Shown one piece after another: positions 49,101-62,071 of a DNA stretch of 64,000 nucleotides. Made by a program: the position numbers and the translations under genes. Source of the stretch: Obrimoposthia wandeli (Eukaryota); contig CDROCS010002069.1 in NCBI GenBank assembly GCA_977020255.1, positions 62,001 through 126,000 on the forward strand. The letters are read 5' to 3'. The notes beneath the pieces were generated by a model. The model ran no database searches and had not been told where the DNA came from. It worked only from the letters and a program-made list of their open reading frames with translations. Positions within the stretch are counted from its first letter, which is position 1. Each line of letters opens with the position of its first letter.

Positions 49101-52100
49101 CTCATTTCACCTTTTGTTCCTTATATAAAGTTTTCTTTTGTGGATACTTTTTATATTGTTTACGCTTTTTCCACTTGTTCATGCCCCTTCTAGATATGAC
49201 TAAACCAAATTCGTCAATTATCGATCTTGATGTTACTTTCTTGTGGTTTTTATGACATTTATAAATATATATTACAATTCTTGTTGCCATTCGTTTACTT
49301 ATTATTGATTTTGAACCACGTTTCTTCGGATTTATCTTTAAATTATTATGTTGTATACCGATCCAATAGAAATATTTTACTGGAAAGGTTTTTTCTGAAT
49401 TTATAGATGATGCAATCAGAGATTATGGGTTAAAAAGGGATAATTTTCGTCTATTGCTTACTGATTCTGTTAATTATATGAAGAATTGCGGCGATTGAAT
49501 GAAAGTAATTTACTCAAATATGAAACACATCAATTGCTTTATACACATTCTCCACAATTGTGTGTTAAAAATTAAGTCTAAATACACCAAACTTGATGGT
49601 CTGATTGGAGCAATGAAAATGTTAGTCCATAAAAATCCAACTAGAAAGCAAATGTTTTCCTCAATAGGAACAATTCCACAGCCAATAATCACGAGATTTG
49701 GCACCTGGTTGCTGGCTGCTCTGTTTTATGCTGAAAATTTTGAAGACATCAAGGAGGTGGTAGAAGAGATGATAGGCGATGGTGTACTGTTTACCAACGC
49801 ACAAAGGTCAATTGCCGTAGAGGGTTTAAGAGAAGAACTTATAGAAGTTCATCGAAAATATGGACATCTAGCATCATTGATATACGATACCATTTCAGCA
49901 ACATTTTCAATCAATGATGCCAAAAGACTTGCATCAGATATTCAGTTCTCTGAAGATGATTTGAATTTGAAAAAATATATTCTGACTAAAATGAATCGTT
50001 TTGATTATAATTACATCAATGAAGACAAAAATTTAAACATCAGTATCGCATCAGAACTTCTGTCAGCCCCCTCAACAACAATAGCAGTTGAAAGATCCTT
50101 CTCTATTCTTTGAAAAATTATTACAAAGGATAGGAGATTTTCAGCCAGTTCGGTTAAACAGTACATGATGCTGTACTACAATACATCATTAAACTAGTGT
50201 TGAATGGCTTATTTTTGTATAGATTTTTATTTTGTATAGTTTATTTAAATAACATCATAACTTTTTTGCAAAGATATACAGAAAAGTGTGTATATTTCGC
50301 ATAAAAATGCATATTTTTCTGCATATTTTTGGAAAAAAATGTGCATATTTCGCATAAAAATATGCGCATAATATTGGTTGCCCTACTTATCATACATAAT
50401 AAATATCAAAATAAAATTAATATTTCAAAAATTGTTCTAACCTTTAAATTTGAAATAACAAAAAATCAAATATATTATTTAAACAAATGAGTTTCTTAAT
50501 AAAATAATATTAATCGAAATGAGATTCATATATTAATGTTAAATTATGCACATTTTTGAGATGTTACTTCTATAATTAATTTTTTTGAAAATTAAGAATT
50601 TTCTAAAAATTAGTTCCACCGCTATTGTTGTTTTGACACTTTAATTTTTCTGCACATAAGATTTTCTTTTTGATTACCATTGTAGAGTCTACCCAAATAT
50701 GGTATTGTTGGGGTTTCTATATGAAACTTTTCTAATATAGATCCTCAGGCGGAGGGCCCCAACGTGAGTTCTATAGAAGCAGGACTTGTATATGTTTGTT
50801 GCCTACTTAAGTTATGCTTGCTTATCTCAATTTGTATCTGAAGGTTTATTATGGTTAGGTGAAATGTGTGAAGAGCTGTATATATGGCTATTGCAAAATT
50901 CCCTTAGTGTGGTGTTGTATGTAGGGTAGTTAACAACTACTTGCTAGTAAGGGTAGGGTTCGATATAACACAGTTTAATGTAGGAAATCTTTATTTCTAA
51001 GCACACGACTTACGTTTTAACACGTTCTAAAACAGCAATACTAATTCTAGTTACTTTGCACAAATCTCTAACAATTGGGGGTGATCCACGTATTAATTTT
51101 ATTTAAGGGTTGTTTGGTTACTAGAGTCCTTGCTCTAAAATAAGGGCTGATTTTAGAGAGCTGCTTGCTCTAAAAATAGGGAATTGATTTTAGTGAGCTG
51201 GTTGTTCTAAAATTAGGGGATTGATTTTAGAGAGCTGTTTGCTCTAAAAATAGGGAATTGATTTAGGGAGCTGTTTGCTCTAAAATAGGGAATTGATTCT
51301 GTCTTTTTTGACAATAACAATATAAATATTATAAGATACTTTATGTCCTTTGAGACAATAACAAAATCGATGTTATGAGACAACTTATGTCTGTTAAAAT
51401 TATTGAACATTTAATTAATTACTAAATTTAATTTTAAAGTAGAATATCTATAATTTATGATGTTGAAATAACAGTACTTAACAAATTAGTTAGAATTTAT
51501 AATTTAAATATAATTTCACAAACAAGATATTTATATTTTTCATTTATCAGAGTAATATGAATTGATTTCAAGAATTAATATAATCCTATCATATCTAAAA
51601 AAGGAAATTTTAAGCATAGGAAATATTTATAATGAAATATATAATTTAAGTTTATATATTTATACGTGTACCAAAGGTTTTTGATACATAGTACATTGTG
51701 TCTTCAGTAATATTTAGTTTTGGTACGAAAATGGCGGAACAAATCATATTCCCCAAGGCGCTCTTTATTCTACCATTCCCATCTCAACACTCTATTCGAC
51801 AACAAATTCCTCGAAAACACATAAAATCAGTCAAAATAAGAAGAATAGTTGAGGGTAAGAATACTATTAAAATGATTAAAATGACAACGTGGCAATTTAA
51901 TAGTTGGCTCTTATTCGGTTAACTCACCTTCTGTTGTCGACGCTATTCTGGAGTCGACTGGAATCTTGCTTCAGTCGTCTCCGTTCGTTCCTCAATTTAA
52001 CACGAATTCCTCTTCTTAATTTCTCTTCTTACTTTGATTCTTCTTCAAATTTCTGTCGTTGTTTATTCACTACTGAATCCTTGTCTCCAATCAGCCGCCT

Positions 52101-55100
52101 TTTATTCAATTTTGTGTACTTAAAATTGTCAGTTGAAAGCACTCTAACTAAAAGCACTTACGTCCCCAGTCCTGACAGCTGGATAGTTCCCAGCGGCTCC
52201 TTCAACTTCGGTCGATTTCTTGAGACTAGACGGCTTCGCGCTAATGGCGTTAATCCACTTGTCTGAGTACACGTTTTCTTGAATCTGCTTCCTTCTCAGT
52301 TTAATTAATTCTGAGATTCTTCTTTTAATTAACTTCTCTCTTTTCGGGGCCCTTTTCAGTAGCTTTAATATCTATATATACCGCACTCGTTTACACATGA
52401 CCTTCGTGGTTCTAATATTTTCCCGATGATTTTATTTCACTTTCAATTTTAATTTCAATTTAAAATTAATTTTATTCTATATTTAACCTTGCTTTCAAGG
52501 ATTTTTATTTTAGTATAAAACAATTAATTATTTTAAATTAATCAAAACCTAATCCTAACAGTATCATTGAATAAATATACTTGATTCATTTTCTACTATT
52601 AACCAAAACTTGAAACCATGCTTAGCAGGTTTATTTGGTATGTATGTTACAAATCGACATCTAGATTTTAGAGGCATCAATTGTTCATTCATTACAAGTG
52701 AAAATCGAGGGTCATATTTTTTGACAGTTTTTCAAAAACTCATTATGAATATACTTTATATGAATAAATGGATCACCGGCTAAACATGACTTTTTATTAG
52801 TCTTATCATCAAAACGTAAAATTCATTTAATGGTGCTAAATTTTGACTTAGTTATTGTTTCTGAAAATATTTTTATGCCATACATCGGATTCCAAATAAA
52901 TTTAATACAATTATTCTTTCTATAAATTCCTCTAGCATATTGAAAGCTTCTAACTCATCTAATTTCAAACTTTCGCCGTTTCTACAATATTTATCCGATT
53001 GCTATCCGCAACATGCCTTGTCAATAAATAATTCTCAGGCGTCATATAGACTAATAATTTTGTTTCTATACATAGTTTTCACATCTAAATACACTTAAAA
53101 TAAATAAAATATTAAATACCTGACTTTTCTCGAAATACATTCTTTGATTCACATCTTCTCAATGATTCATTTGATCTATTTTCTAATTGAAATCTGTGTT
53201 ATTTTCATCATTCTCATCTTCACTATCTGTACTTATTGCACCATCTGATATGACTATTATTGGTGAAATGTTATGGTCATCAGCACCATCTTCAGAATCC
53301 AAAATAATAATTTTATTAATATCCATTCTTAATTTTTTATTTTACCGCCTATTTTACAATATTTAATAGAGTAGAGTTAATATACTGTTCAAATTTGACC
53401 AATTGTTGCTTTAAGGGGTATTTAAGAAAATTAAGTTATATCTTGAATATTATGTGAGAAAAAATTATAACGATTAAAGTATTTTCAACAAAGTCATTAA
53501 ATTCTAATTAAAACGGTCTGTGAAATTTAAAAATATAAATGTTTAAAAATTAATTTGGTCAAATGTTTCTGCTTCTGCATATCTATTTGTTGAACTTCAA
53601 GGGCCACATATCTCAGGAAAGCAACCGGCGTTTATAGATTTACATTTGTATTCAAAATAACAATCATAAAACATAATTTCAAATTTTTTTAAATTTTTTT
53701 CTAGAGAACAAAAACAAATCGAAGACAGGGCACGGGAAGAGGAAAATGAAGCAAGAATTGAGACAAGAATCCAGGAAGAACTATCAAACATGATCAAGGA
53801 GAAAGAAGATGAAATAGAAACAGAGGTAGAGAAAAGATATTTAGATGAAATTGATCAGAAGGCTGCTCAGAAATTGGAAGAGATGGAAGAAAACTACCAG
53901 CGACAACTCCAAGAACAGTTGAAAAGAGAGGTATTTCAAAGATTTACTTGTTTCGAGAAATATTGAAAAATATTTTGAGTCTACACTAAATATTAAAAAT
54001 TAATTATTGGACTTTTTATATTTAATTTTTAGGAGGACGAAAGAAGGCATCAAGAAGAACTGGATAACATTATTCAGGAGAACAATCGGAAACTTCAAGA
54101 AGCCAGGAAAAAGCAGGTGTGTAAATTTTCTTTTATTTAATAAAATGTTAATATTTGGGTAGAACTTTGACTTTTTTAAAAATACCGATTAATTGTTGGG
54201 TCATATGCTTAAAGGCTTGGAAACACTAATTTAGAATACGATTGATGCTCAAAAACTATGAATACTATTTACTTTAAATAGAGTTTAGCTAACTTATTTC
54301 AAAAATTCCTACTTGTAACAACCCATGCAAACCTACTGGCAAATTCAATGAAAGTAAATACCATGAGAAATATATCGCATATTTGTGCATCTAATTAATC
54401 GATTAGGTACAATTAGGTGCAATAAACATAATACTGAACTCATCGAGGAATGAAGCATATTTAACATTTTGAGACTGAAAATAAAATTAGAATTGTATAT
54501 CAGATTTTACACCGATATAATAATATCAATAAATAGAGTGAAATAAATACAAATAAAGTGAAATCATTTCTAAAAAAATTTGTATGGATGTTATTTTATT
54601 TTGCTCTAACAATAACCTAAACAGTATTAAGGGAGAAGGAAGTTTCATACATAAATATTCGTTGTGTCCTAAATTAAATCACTTTTAAAAATGTAAACAA
54701 AACCCCAAGAATTATATTCAAATTCAAGAAAAGTGATGAAGGGGAAATGAAGCTGCATTAGCTCACCAATCAATGCCGGAATTTAATTCATGATCCTACC
54801 TTTTTCAAAAAATTATTCTCACAAACACCCAGATATTTATATGATCTTCTCGAGACGAAACCTGCAGATTGGTGAAATATGCTCAAAAAAACTGAGTGAA
54901 GGAATGTTTAAAATTTATAATCTGATGAATATAAGAAACTGAAACAATATTGAAAAATCCGACTAGACTACTATTCAGAAAATATTACGAAAGATTATTT
55001 ATCTTATATGTTAATAGAAATTATATGTAAAATAGTATTTTAATGTCGAACTTGTTTTTCAGCAAGAGCAATTGCAGCTGGAACAAAACGGCACTGCTCT

Positions 55101-55134
55101 ACTTGGAGGACTGGTGACCAACATTTCTGTCTGA
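37187..55134 (+). CDS. ARGLU1: ARGLU1-like protein of about 204 aa. Exons 37187-37314, 37850-37954, 53705-53930, 54033-54116 and 55063-55134
   Basis: RS-rich N-terminus followed by a Glu/Arg-rich coiled coil. EELDNIIQENNRKLQEA parallels ARGLU1 EELERILEENNRKIAEA. All four introns are GT-AG with consistent phases (2,2,0,0). Confidence 0.85.
38690..39170. repeat. Dispersed repeat with a second copy at about 42600-42985; possible gag-like remnant on the minus strand
   Basis: Shared blocks such as TTTTTTCTGTAAATAAATGATA and GTTTACCACCAGCAAT..GAAATTTACGACACTAG. Confidence 0.55.
39810..40933 (-). mobile_element. Internally deleted hAT (Charlie/SPIN, GTF2IRD2-like) transposon
   Basis: TIRs CAGGGGTGGCCAACC, 8-bp TSD ATTAAGAC/ATTTAGAC, and ORFs with WEEDYFF..CLICRE..KRHHETK and KPFTDGEFVKEC. 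Confidence 0.92.
41440..41930 (-). mobile_element. BEL/Pao LTR retrotransposon 3' fragment
   Basis: Integrase tail RWKLLQ..WKRW..QKW..WPLARI (DUF5641-like), then a polypurine tract GGAGGGGGG adjoining TGTTGCAA. Confidence 0.85.
43439..43903 (-). mobile_element. Merlin (IS1595-like) transposase remnant
   Basis: IWRCTKRPC zinc-ribbon-like segment and GGSGTVVEIDES motif in broken frames. Confidence 0.75.
44440..45130 (-). mobile_element. Tc1/mariner-type transposase remnant
   Basis: RHTIYDILNRY, VILDDAYFTL and KLMM*IAIS segments in broken frames. Confidence 0.5.
45968..47050 (-). mobile_element. piggyBac transposase remnant
   Basis: KPQRITFYNHNKMGVDILDNILRLYS motif, C-terminal RKRKC, and a TTAA-CC end near 45968. 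Confidence 0.65.
48650..49345 (-). mobile_element. Tc1-like transposase remnant
   Basis: KKRGSKS..TSRSI..GLVIS helix-turn-helix-like segment, MGMVTSNG and HWPIKS. Confidence 0.5.
49350..50385 (+). mobile_element. hAT transposon 3' part (CGGBP1-related transposase), pseudogenised
   Basis: LTDSVNYM, HINCFIHILHN, PIITRFGTWL and AVERSFSIL*K. The right end ...GTTGCCCTA is hAT-like. Confidence 0.8.
50706..52560 (-). mobile_element. Solo LTR C
   Basis: TGTT...AACA termini with GTAT TSD. Shares CTAAAATAAAAATCCTTGAAAGCAAGGTT and the 3' end with LTR B. A repeat of about 33 bp occurs about 5 times at 51130-51300. Confidence 0.88.
52600..53325 (-). mobile_element. piggyBac transposase 5' remnant
   Basis: Acidic N-terminus, then WELF, ELEAF and IFSETI..ILRFDDK in broken frames. 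Confidence 0.65.
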
Positions 55135-57069
55135 CCTCGCCCTACCGAGCCGTTGCAATAATTATGTGCTTTCGATATATATATATAACTTTTAGTCCCT
55201 GGAGTGTTTTGTAAATATATTTTGTCGAACACGTTGTATGTAATTTTCTACAACTTTATACAAAATGATATAAATTCTTGATGATATAGATAAACAAAGT
55301 ATAGAAAAAAACTGTTTTAAATATAAAATAACTTTGGTGTCGTTGCTGGAACGAAGGATCAAATATGTGCTATTTTCCCGTCATTCCCTGAATAACAATT
55401 TATAATATTAATATAATCCTAAAGTAATCCGTTATTTTAACAGTGTCAAAAGTTATTTTATATTTAAACAGGTTTCTTATCTTATCTACTATAAATTCTC
55501 AAAAACACAAAAATTACTCAAATAAATCAGTGTATCTTGAAAACATCGAGATCATGCATACTGTAAATCTTACTATGATGAAAGTGAACAAAATATTAAA
55601 ACCCTAGCTTCAAAAAGTTCTGGAGAAAAAAAATATTGTTTTAAAATATCTTCACCAATTTAATAAGCAGACCGGATAAAATATTTAACGTGCTTTTAGT
55701 CATGAAAAATATAATCTGAAAGTAAATTTATAGATTATATGTAACACAATTCAATAAATTTAGTTAAATAATCGAATTAAAACTATATATTAAATCGGAT
55801 TCAGAAACAAATTGTATTATTTTATACAAATGCATGAGCATGTTAGTATAATAATATTATATAAAGTATATCATCAAATATATAATCAGATAATAAATCT
55901 AAATATTAATTATATTTTATTTACACCATATTATAAATTTACTGATTAAATTTGCTATTTACAATTAATGATCGCCAATTTAACTGTAATGACCAAAATC
56001 TATACTTATTCTTACTAATCCATCTCCTTTTATAAAAACATTTTAAAGTAACTTGAGATGTAAAAATTGTAAGAGGCTGGTTAACTGATGCAAAATGTGA
56101 CTAGTTAACACTAATAATTTCTTCAATTTCCTAACAATTCAAATAATTTTGATGTCTGAAAATAGATTGTTTTATAGAAATTCCTTTAGTTTTTGAGCAA
56201 GTAGCATTTTGATTTTAATAAAACCTTATCATAATCATCTTGAAATGTTCCAGCTGTAAGATTTTCTGAATACAAGAGACGTGTTTCAGGATAATTACTT
56301 GTATCTAAATACCCGTCCTTAATCGTTTCTATACGAAATGTATTTTTATTGATATTTACTCTCTAAAGGAAAAAAGAATCTGTATATATAGCTTCAATTC
56401 GAATAACACAATTAAACTGAAATGTATTACATAATGTTTTCTATCATTGCGTGTTCAAAGTAATTTAGGAATTTTTGAGTTTGATGGACACATCTTATGT
56501 GGTCCAATAGGTAAATCATCAACTTTATTATATGCACGATCCGGAATATGTATATCTATGTATATGTTTAAAAGTTACATAAGGTTCTAAAATACTTCCA
56601 AAATTATTTATATCTATATAGACCTCTATCGAACTTCCATTAATGTATATTAACAAAAGTCATACATACTCTAATATGGGACTCAAAACGACTATACATT
56701 ATACGACATGATTTCTGAGGGTCAAATTCATAAGTAGATCATTATGTGTTATAGTACGTCTGTCTTAGACCGATTTTGGTTAAATGTATGTGTTTGTTTA
56801 AACGCATTAATTTTTATCCACGCAAATTTGTTATATTGCACGAGATTTAAAAGTCAAAGTCCCATTTTAATTACTTTTTAAAATGTTGTTTTGTTTTACT
56901 GCATCAATTTCAGTGAGCGGGAATTCAAAAATATGTGTGTATGTTCTGATATAAGTGTACTATAATAGAATTGATTTAAAACCTACTATACTATATAAAA
57001 TATGAGTTCTGTTTTAATACATCAAAGTAATTTAAAAACTAATAGCGCATAATATGAAAATGTTTTAAA

Positions 57070-57430
57070 ATAATAGGCTGTATTCGATAGTTTTCCACAA
57101 TGAATTTTAATTTTTTTAAATAGAAAATAAATGAAATAGGTCACATATTTTATTAATTTAATATTTAATAATATGCAATTAAATTGTTTATTGTAAATTG
57201 TATTGTTAAATATTGTTTAAATTGTAAGCATTAATTATAATAACAGCATAAATTTAAAATATAATTAAAATAAATGGCAGTATTCGATAGTTTTCCACAA
57301 TGCATTTTAATTTTTTAAAATAGAAAAAAAAAGAAATAGGTCACCTATTTTATTAATTTAATATTTAATAATTTGAAATTAAATTTTTTATTGTAAATTG
57401 TATTGTAATTATAATAACGGCATAAATTTA
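57070..57430. repeat. Tandem duplication of about 200 bp
   Basis: GTATTCGATAGTTTTCCACAATG..GAAATAGGTCAC occurs near 57079 and 57281. Confidence 0.8.
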
Positions 57431-57525
57431 AAATAAATATATATATTTAATATAAATTTCTATATTTAAAGATAACGCATAAAGATAGTATTAATATTTT
57501 ATTAGAAACATATAAATTTTATACA

Positions 57526-57693
57526 TCATTGCAAGCCGAAGCAGTCCACGCATTCGACGGCCGATTGCATAAAAGTTAGAAGTAAATCTTCAAGTGGTGT
57601 ACTTTTATGTTTCATTTTCCATATTTTAGACCATAAATAATCCATGGTGTATTTTCTTCTGATACCACCACGATTAATATCAGTTTTATAATG
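57526..57693 (-). CDS. Possible terminal exon of an unidentified gene (55 aa)
   Basis: A pyrimidine tract and ttttcag acceptor are followed by an open phase-0 frame HYKTDINRGG..CFGLQ*. It lies 49 bp from the copy B terminus. Confidence 0.35.
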   Translation of the reverse strand, partial: HYKTDINRGGIRRKYTMDYLWSKIWKMKHKSTPLEDLLLTFMQSAVECVDCFGLQ

Positions 57694-57742
57694 CTGAAAA
57701 TTAAAATTAAAGAAAGAAAGATTAAATAATACTTTCCACGTG

Positions 57743-58464
57743 AGTAGGTAGATGTAGCACTTCTGGAACAAAGCCCCCCCTGAGGACAAGTTCAGGTCAA
57801 GTTGAGGACAAAATTTTTTAAGGTCAAGTTGAGGTCACGGTGAGGTCAAAATGTAGGTCATGACCTCATGAGGTCATGGGAAAACCTAGGTCATGACCTC
57901 ATGAGGTCATGACCCCCCTATGCTCAGGACAAAGACATTTTGAGCATACCCCCGCCCCCTTGAGCACAGTTTAAGATCACGATGAGGACATGACCTCATG
58001 AGGACAACTGAAGGTCACGATGAGGACAACATGTAGGTCATGATCTCATGAGGTCAAGTCAAGTTAAGGTCAATGTACTTTAAGGTCAACTTAAGGTCAT
58101 GACGTCATGAGGACAATGTACTTTAAGGTCAACTTAAGGTCATGACGTCATGAGGACAATGTACTTTAAGGTCACGGTGAGGTCAAAAAGATTCTATTTT
58201 TAGTAACATTCTTTAAATCTATATATCTTTTTATCTAAAGGTGGTATTAACACCAATTCACCAAAAGACATCTCGTGTGTGTGTGTGTGTTTTATAATTT
58301 ATTTAAATTAAATTATCTTCTTATAAAATAAAGTATTATATAATTTGATAATCATGTTTAAACGTTCCTCTATCTATCTAACAAAGACAGTCACGTACTG
58401 CATCTATATTGCAAATACTTGCATCTTTATGTAATCAATAGTAATAAGTACTACATTTATTCTT

Positions 58465-58511
<47 letters not shown>

Positions 58512-58720
58512 AGTGTCTAACAAAGACAGTCACGTACTACATCTATATTGCAAATACTTGCATCTTATGTAATCAATAGTAACAAGTACTACATTTATTC
58601 TTATACATGTATATATATATATATATATATGTGAGTGTCTAACAAAGACAATTATCAATACCTACAAAGACAGTCACGTGTGTCTAACAAAGACAATCAT
58701 CAATACCTATAAAGACTGCT
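57743..58720. repeat. Left terminal inverted repeat region of copy B, with AGGTCA array and subrepeats of about 125 bp
   Basis: About 18 exact AGGTCA hexamers in 57790-58190, followed by CTAACAAAGACAGTCACG units. Confidence 0.9.
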
Positions 58721-58852
58721 GCACCTATATTGCAAAAACCTGCAAATTTATGTAAATACCAATAATTTTAAAATAAAGACAAGTATTTCTAACACATATA
58801 TTCCTTAAAATTACAAAGGAGAATAAAAATATGTACAACACATATAAAAAGT

Positions 58853-61800
58853 TTATACAACCTCGTCCGGGTATAAAAAGTGACCATAGGCGACTGAACA
58901 GTTTTTCTCCACCCACTTGCGCTTATCATCACTACTGCTTAAGGCAATTTTACTTAACCTTACAGTAAAAAGTTTATGATTTAGCGAGCTTATACGTTGT
59001 TGTTGTACACGCTCGCTAACGCCACTCTCATATACGGCTAAGTAATTAGAGTGCCTAATACTCGTCTGTCGGAGACTAATACCTTTCGCTCTCATCTGAG
59101 ATTCACCTTCTGTAGTCTCTAGGCTATATGATTTTGGTCGTAGAAAAATCCCTTGCCTATAACTAAATAATCCCTTACTCTCATCTTTAAATTTTTCTAT
59201 CGCTGTATTAAGCGTCGTATAAAGCGGATGGGTTTTTGGAAATTTCGAGGTATCCAACAGTCCATCAGCAATCATAGCAGGTAACAGTGATTCTTGAACA
59301 TTTACATTATTACACTTCAAGAAAAAGCTATCAGTGTCACCTGCTATAATTCTAATGTCGCAGTTAAATTGAACTCGATATTTCTCCAACTGCTCATATT
59401 GTAGCTCATACATACGAAGTTTGCTTAAATCTAATACCGCCTGGCCCATATAACTAGGACGATCCAAAACAATATTTTCCTTATCCAGTAAAACTGCAAT
59501 AAGGACCGTATCGATTTCGATTGTCCTACGAAAGTGGGCTTTACTGCAATAGGTAACCAGCTTCTGTGGAGTATTACAAATCCGGAGGTTAATTCTTTTC
59601 ATCAGATTCTCAATGAGTTTTCCAAATAAAGAATTCACCTTCAGTTTATAATAATCCCGCTCGAAATCTGTTGTAGCCGCAGCTCTTTTGAGAGAATTAT
59701 CCTCAATATATTTTGAAAAAACATTAGTTTGTTCAAACCGTATTGCTCTGTATACAAAATCTACCTTAGCACCAAGTCTAACGTACATTTGTAGCAATCT
59801 AGAATGCACAACATAATGTTTCTTAGGGTAATGTGTTAATAACAATTTTTCAGTCTTACACCCTGGTGGACGCTGTTTAATTGGAGCAAGGGGAAGATCG
59901 TCGAATTTATTATGAAGCTCAAAGGGAATGGATAAATCTATTTCCAATAAATGAGCGAAGCGACTACAGGATAAATCTACTGATTTTAACCTGGAGATAA
60001 TATTCCCCAACTCTAACCGATCAGTCACCCAGGAAATGTTACCACAAGGTAAAAACTGGGACATAGCTCACCCGTACAAATTGTTTACATCAATGTACAA
60101 AAGTTCTGTACCATTGATGGCGTCCACGCAGTGTTCATTAACAAATGTCATACCCCCGCAAATCCCAGACCGGAAGAGTCGGTACATTTCTGGATCCTGT
60201 ATTAGCTCGACTCGCACAACGGGAGCAGAAGAAGAAGCCGGACGAAGCAGGGATTTGAAGCACTCGCGAAAGTCAGTCCTGGAAATAAAATCATTAATTA
60301 AAATAATTGTGAAAATCATTGTGAAAATCATTACTTTGAAAATCATCTATCTAACAAAGACAGTCACGTACTGCATCTATATTGCAAATAATTGCATCTT
60401 TATGTAATCAATAGTAACAAGTACTACATTTATTCTTATATATGTATATATATATATGTGTGTTAGTGTCTAAAATTAGAAAAAATAGTAAAATACAAAC
60501 CAGGGATGGAGAAGAAATTGAGTGGCTCCAATCCATCGTCAGCAATGGCCTTGGTTCGGAATGCTGTAAACACGTCTGCTAGAAGGTAGACGTCCATCTT
60601 CATATAGACCAGCATATAGTCCCAGAGCGTTGAGCAGCCGCTCTGAGTCCAGACTATCTTCGCCATCTCATATTGTGCTGGTTTGATCTTTTCATCCCAC
60701 TTTGGCGGTAAGCTGGTGATTGCACGAAGAGCAGTCTCTGATACTACCATATCGTATGGGAAGATTCCCTTGGCGCTCACCAGATGTTGCAGGAAGACCG
60801 AATGTGTAAGAGGAGTCACACCCAGGTTTTCCACAAGTTTTTCTAAGCTGCTGTTCAAAAATTGAAGGGAATCGATGAAACGTATACAGACTCCTTCAAT
60901 ATACACCATCATAGCCTGGAATTTCTCTGTTGATTGAGGTATAACAGATACATTCCAGTCAGGAAACTTGCATAGTGAGTGCTTCAATATGTGATGCATG
61001 TCATAACCCATCAGATTATGAAAAATGACGGGAAAAGATCGATTAATTCTCCTTGATAAGTTGCATTTTGCATGTGCAGCTCCCAGGTATTCGCCAGTCA
61101 TGTGATCGTGATCTCGAACTTTGTTTGTGAGTTTCTTCTTACACAGGTAACAGATTCTCCAATATTGGAAAATTCAACACGCACCCCGAATTGAACTTTA
61201 CAAGTCGCAAACTTGCTGACTGTGTCCCTTAAGCTAGTCAAAAGTGATACAGGAACTTGTAAATCGATGAGATTGTCATTAGAAACATCTAATGACAATG
61301 TTTCAATCGTGCCCCGAAGACTAGTCTTACGCTTAACAGCATTAACCCTGGACAACTTCGCAACAGAGCTACCTGAAGTGGGCTTAACACTTCTCTTGTG
61401 GGTAGATGCTGGTAACGGCGCGAGGATCATACCAACTGGAGGAGGCATAACCATTGTAATTGGTGCAGCAGATGATGGTGAAGCAACTGGAGGAGGCATA
61501 ACTGGAAGCATTGTAATTGGTGCAGCAGATGGTGCAGCAACTGGAACAGCAGCAGCAATTGGAGTAGATACTGGAACAGCAGAAATTGGGGCAGCAATTG
61601 GCGAAGCAACAACAACTGGACCAGCAACCCGATCTTGAGAAATAGTAGCAGATCTATTCTGAAAGATGGCCTTCTTGCCACGTTGCTGGAAATGGCGAAG
61701 ATGGACACGATGACGCGTCACAAACTCTACCCAATCAATCTCCTCCGCGGAGAGACATACTGGACATACGTAGAATTGTTGTCCGTTGAACTTCTGTCCA

Positions 61801-61916
61801 AAGTAGCTCTTCATTTTCCAGTCACATTCCTTGTGACTCTCCTCGAAGCATAGTCGTTTATTCATATTGTAATTCTAGAAAAATAATAAATATAGAAATA
61901 ACAAGAAACTTACCAT
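58853..61916 (-). pseudogene. polB: pPolB copy B. Predicted exons 61914-61916, 60501-61874 and 58853-60278
   Basis: Same intron positions as copy A. Lesions are a deletion of about 1.1 kb at about 61158, a 1-bp deletion near 60259, and TGA at 60068-60070. Polymerase motifs B and C are intact. Confidence 0.93.
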
Positions 61917-62071
61917 TTTCAATTTCGTTTATAATAGAGTTATTTGTTGATTGATGCTTGCTTATATACTTTTTTCAAGCTAGTATTAAGCCAATCAGAT
62001 TCATTCATTATTTAAACTAATCAGATTCATTTAAAACAAATCAGAATAGTTTACTGAAAGATGTGAGTAGT

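Noticed and set aside
51904-52266. 120-aa ORF and neighbouring small ORFs
   Set aside because: They lie inside solo LTR C and have no counterpart in LTRs A or B.
15109-57742. The middle region as one giant element bounded by the Polinton TIRs
   Set aside because: The termini face outward from each flanking copy, and the interval contains spliced host genes and independent transposons.
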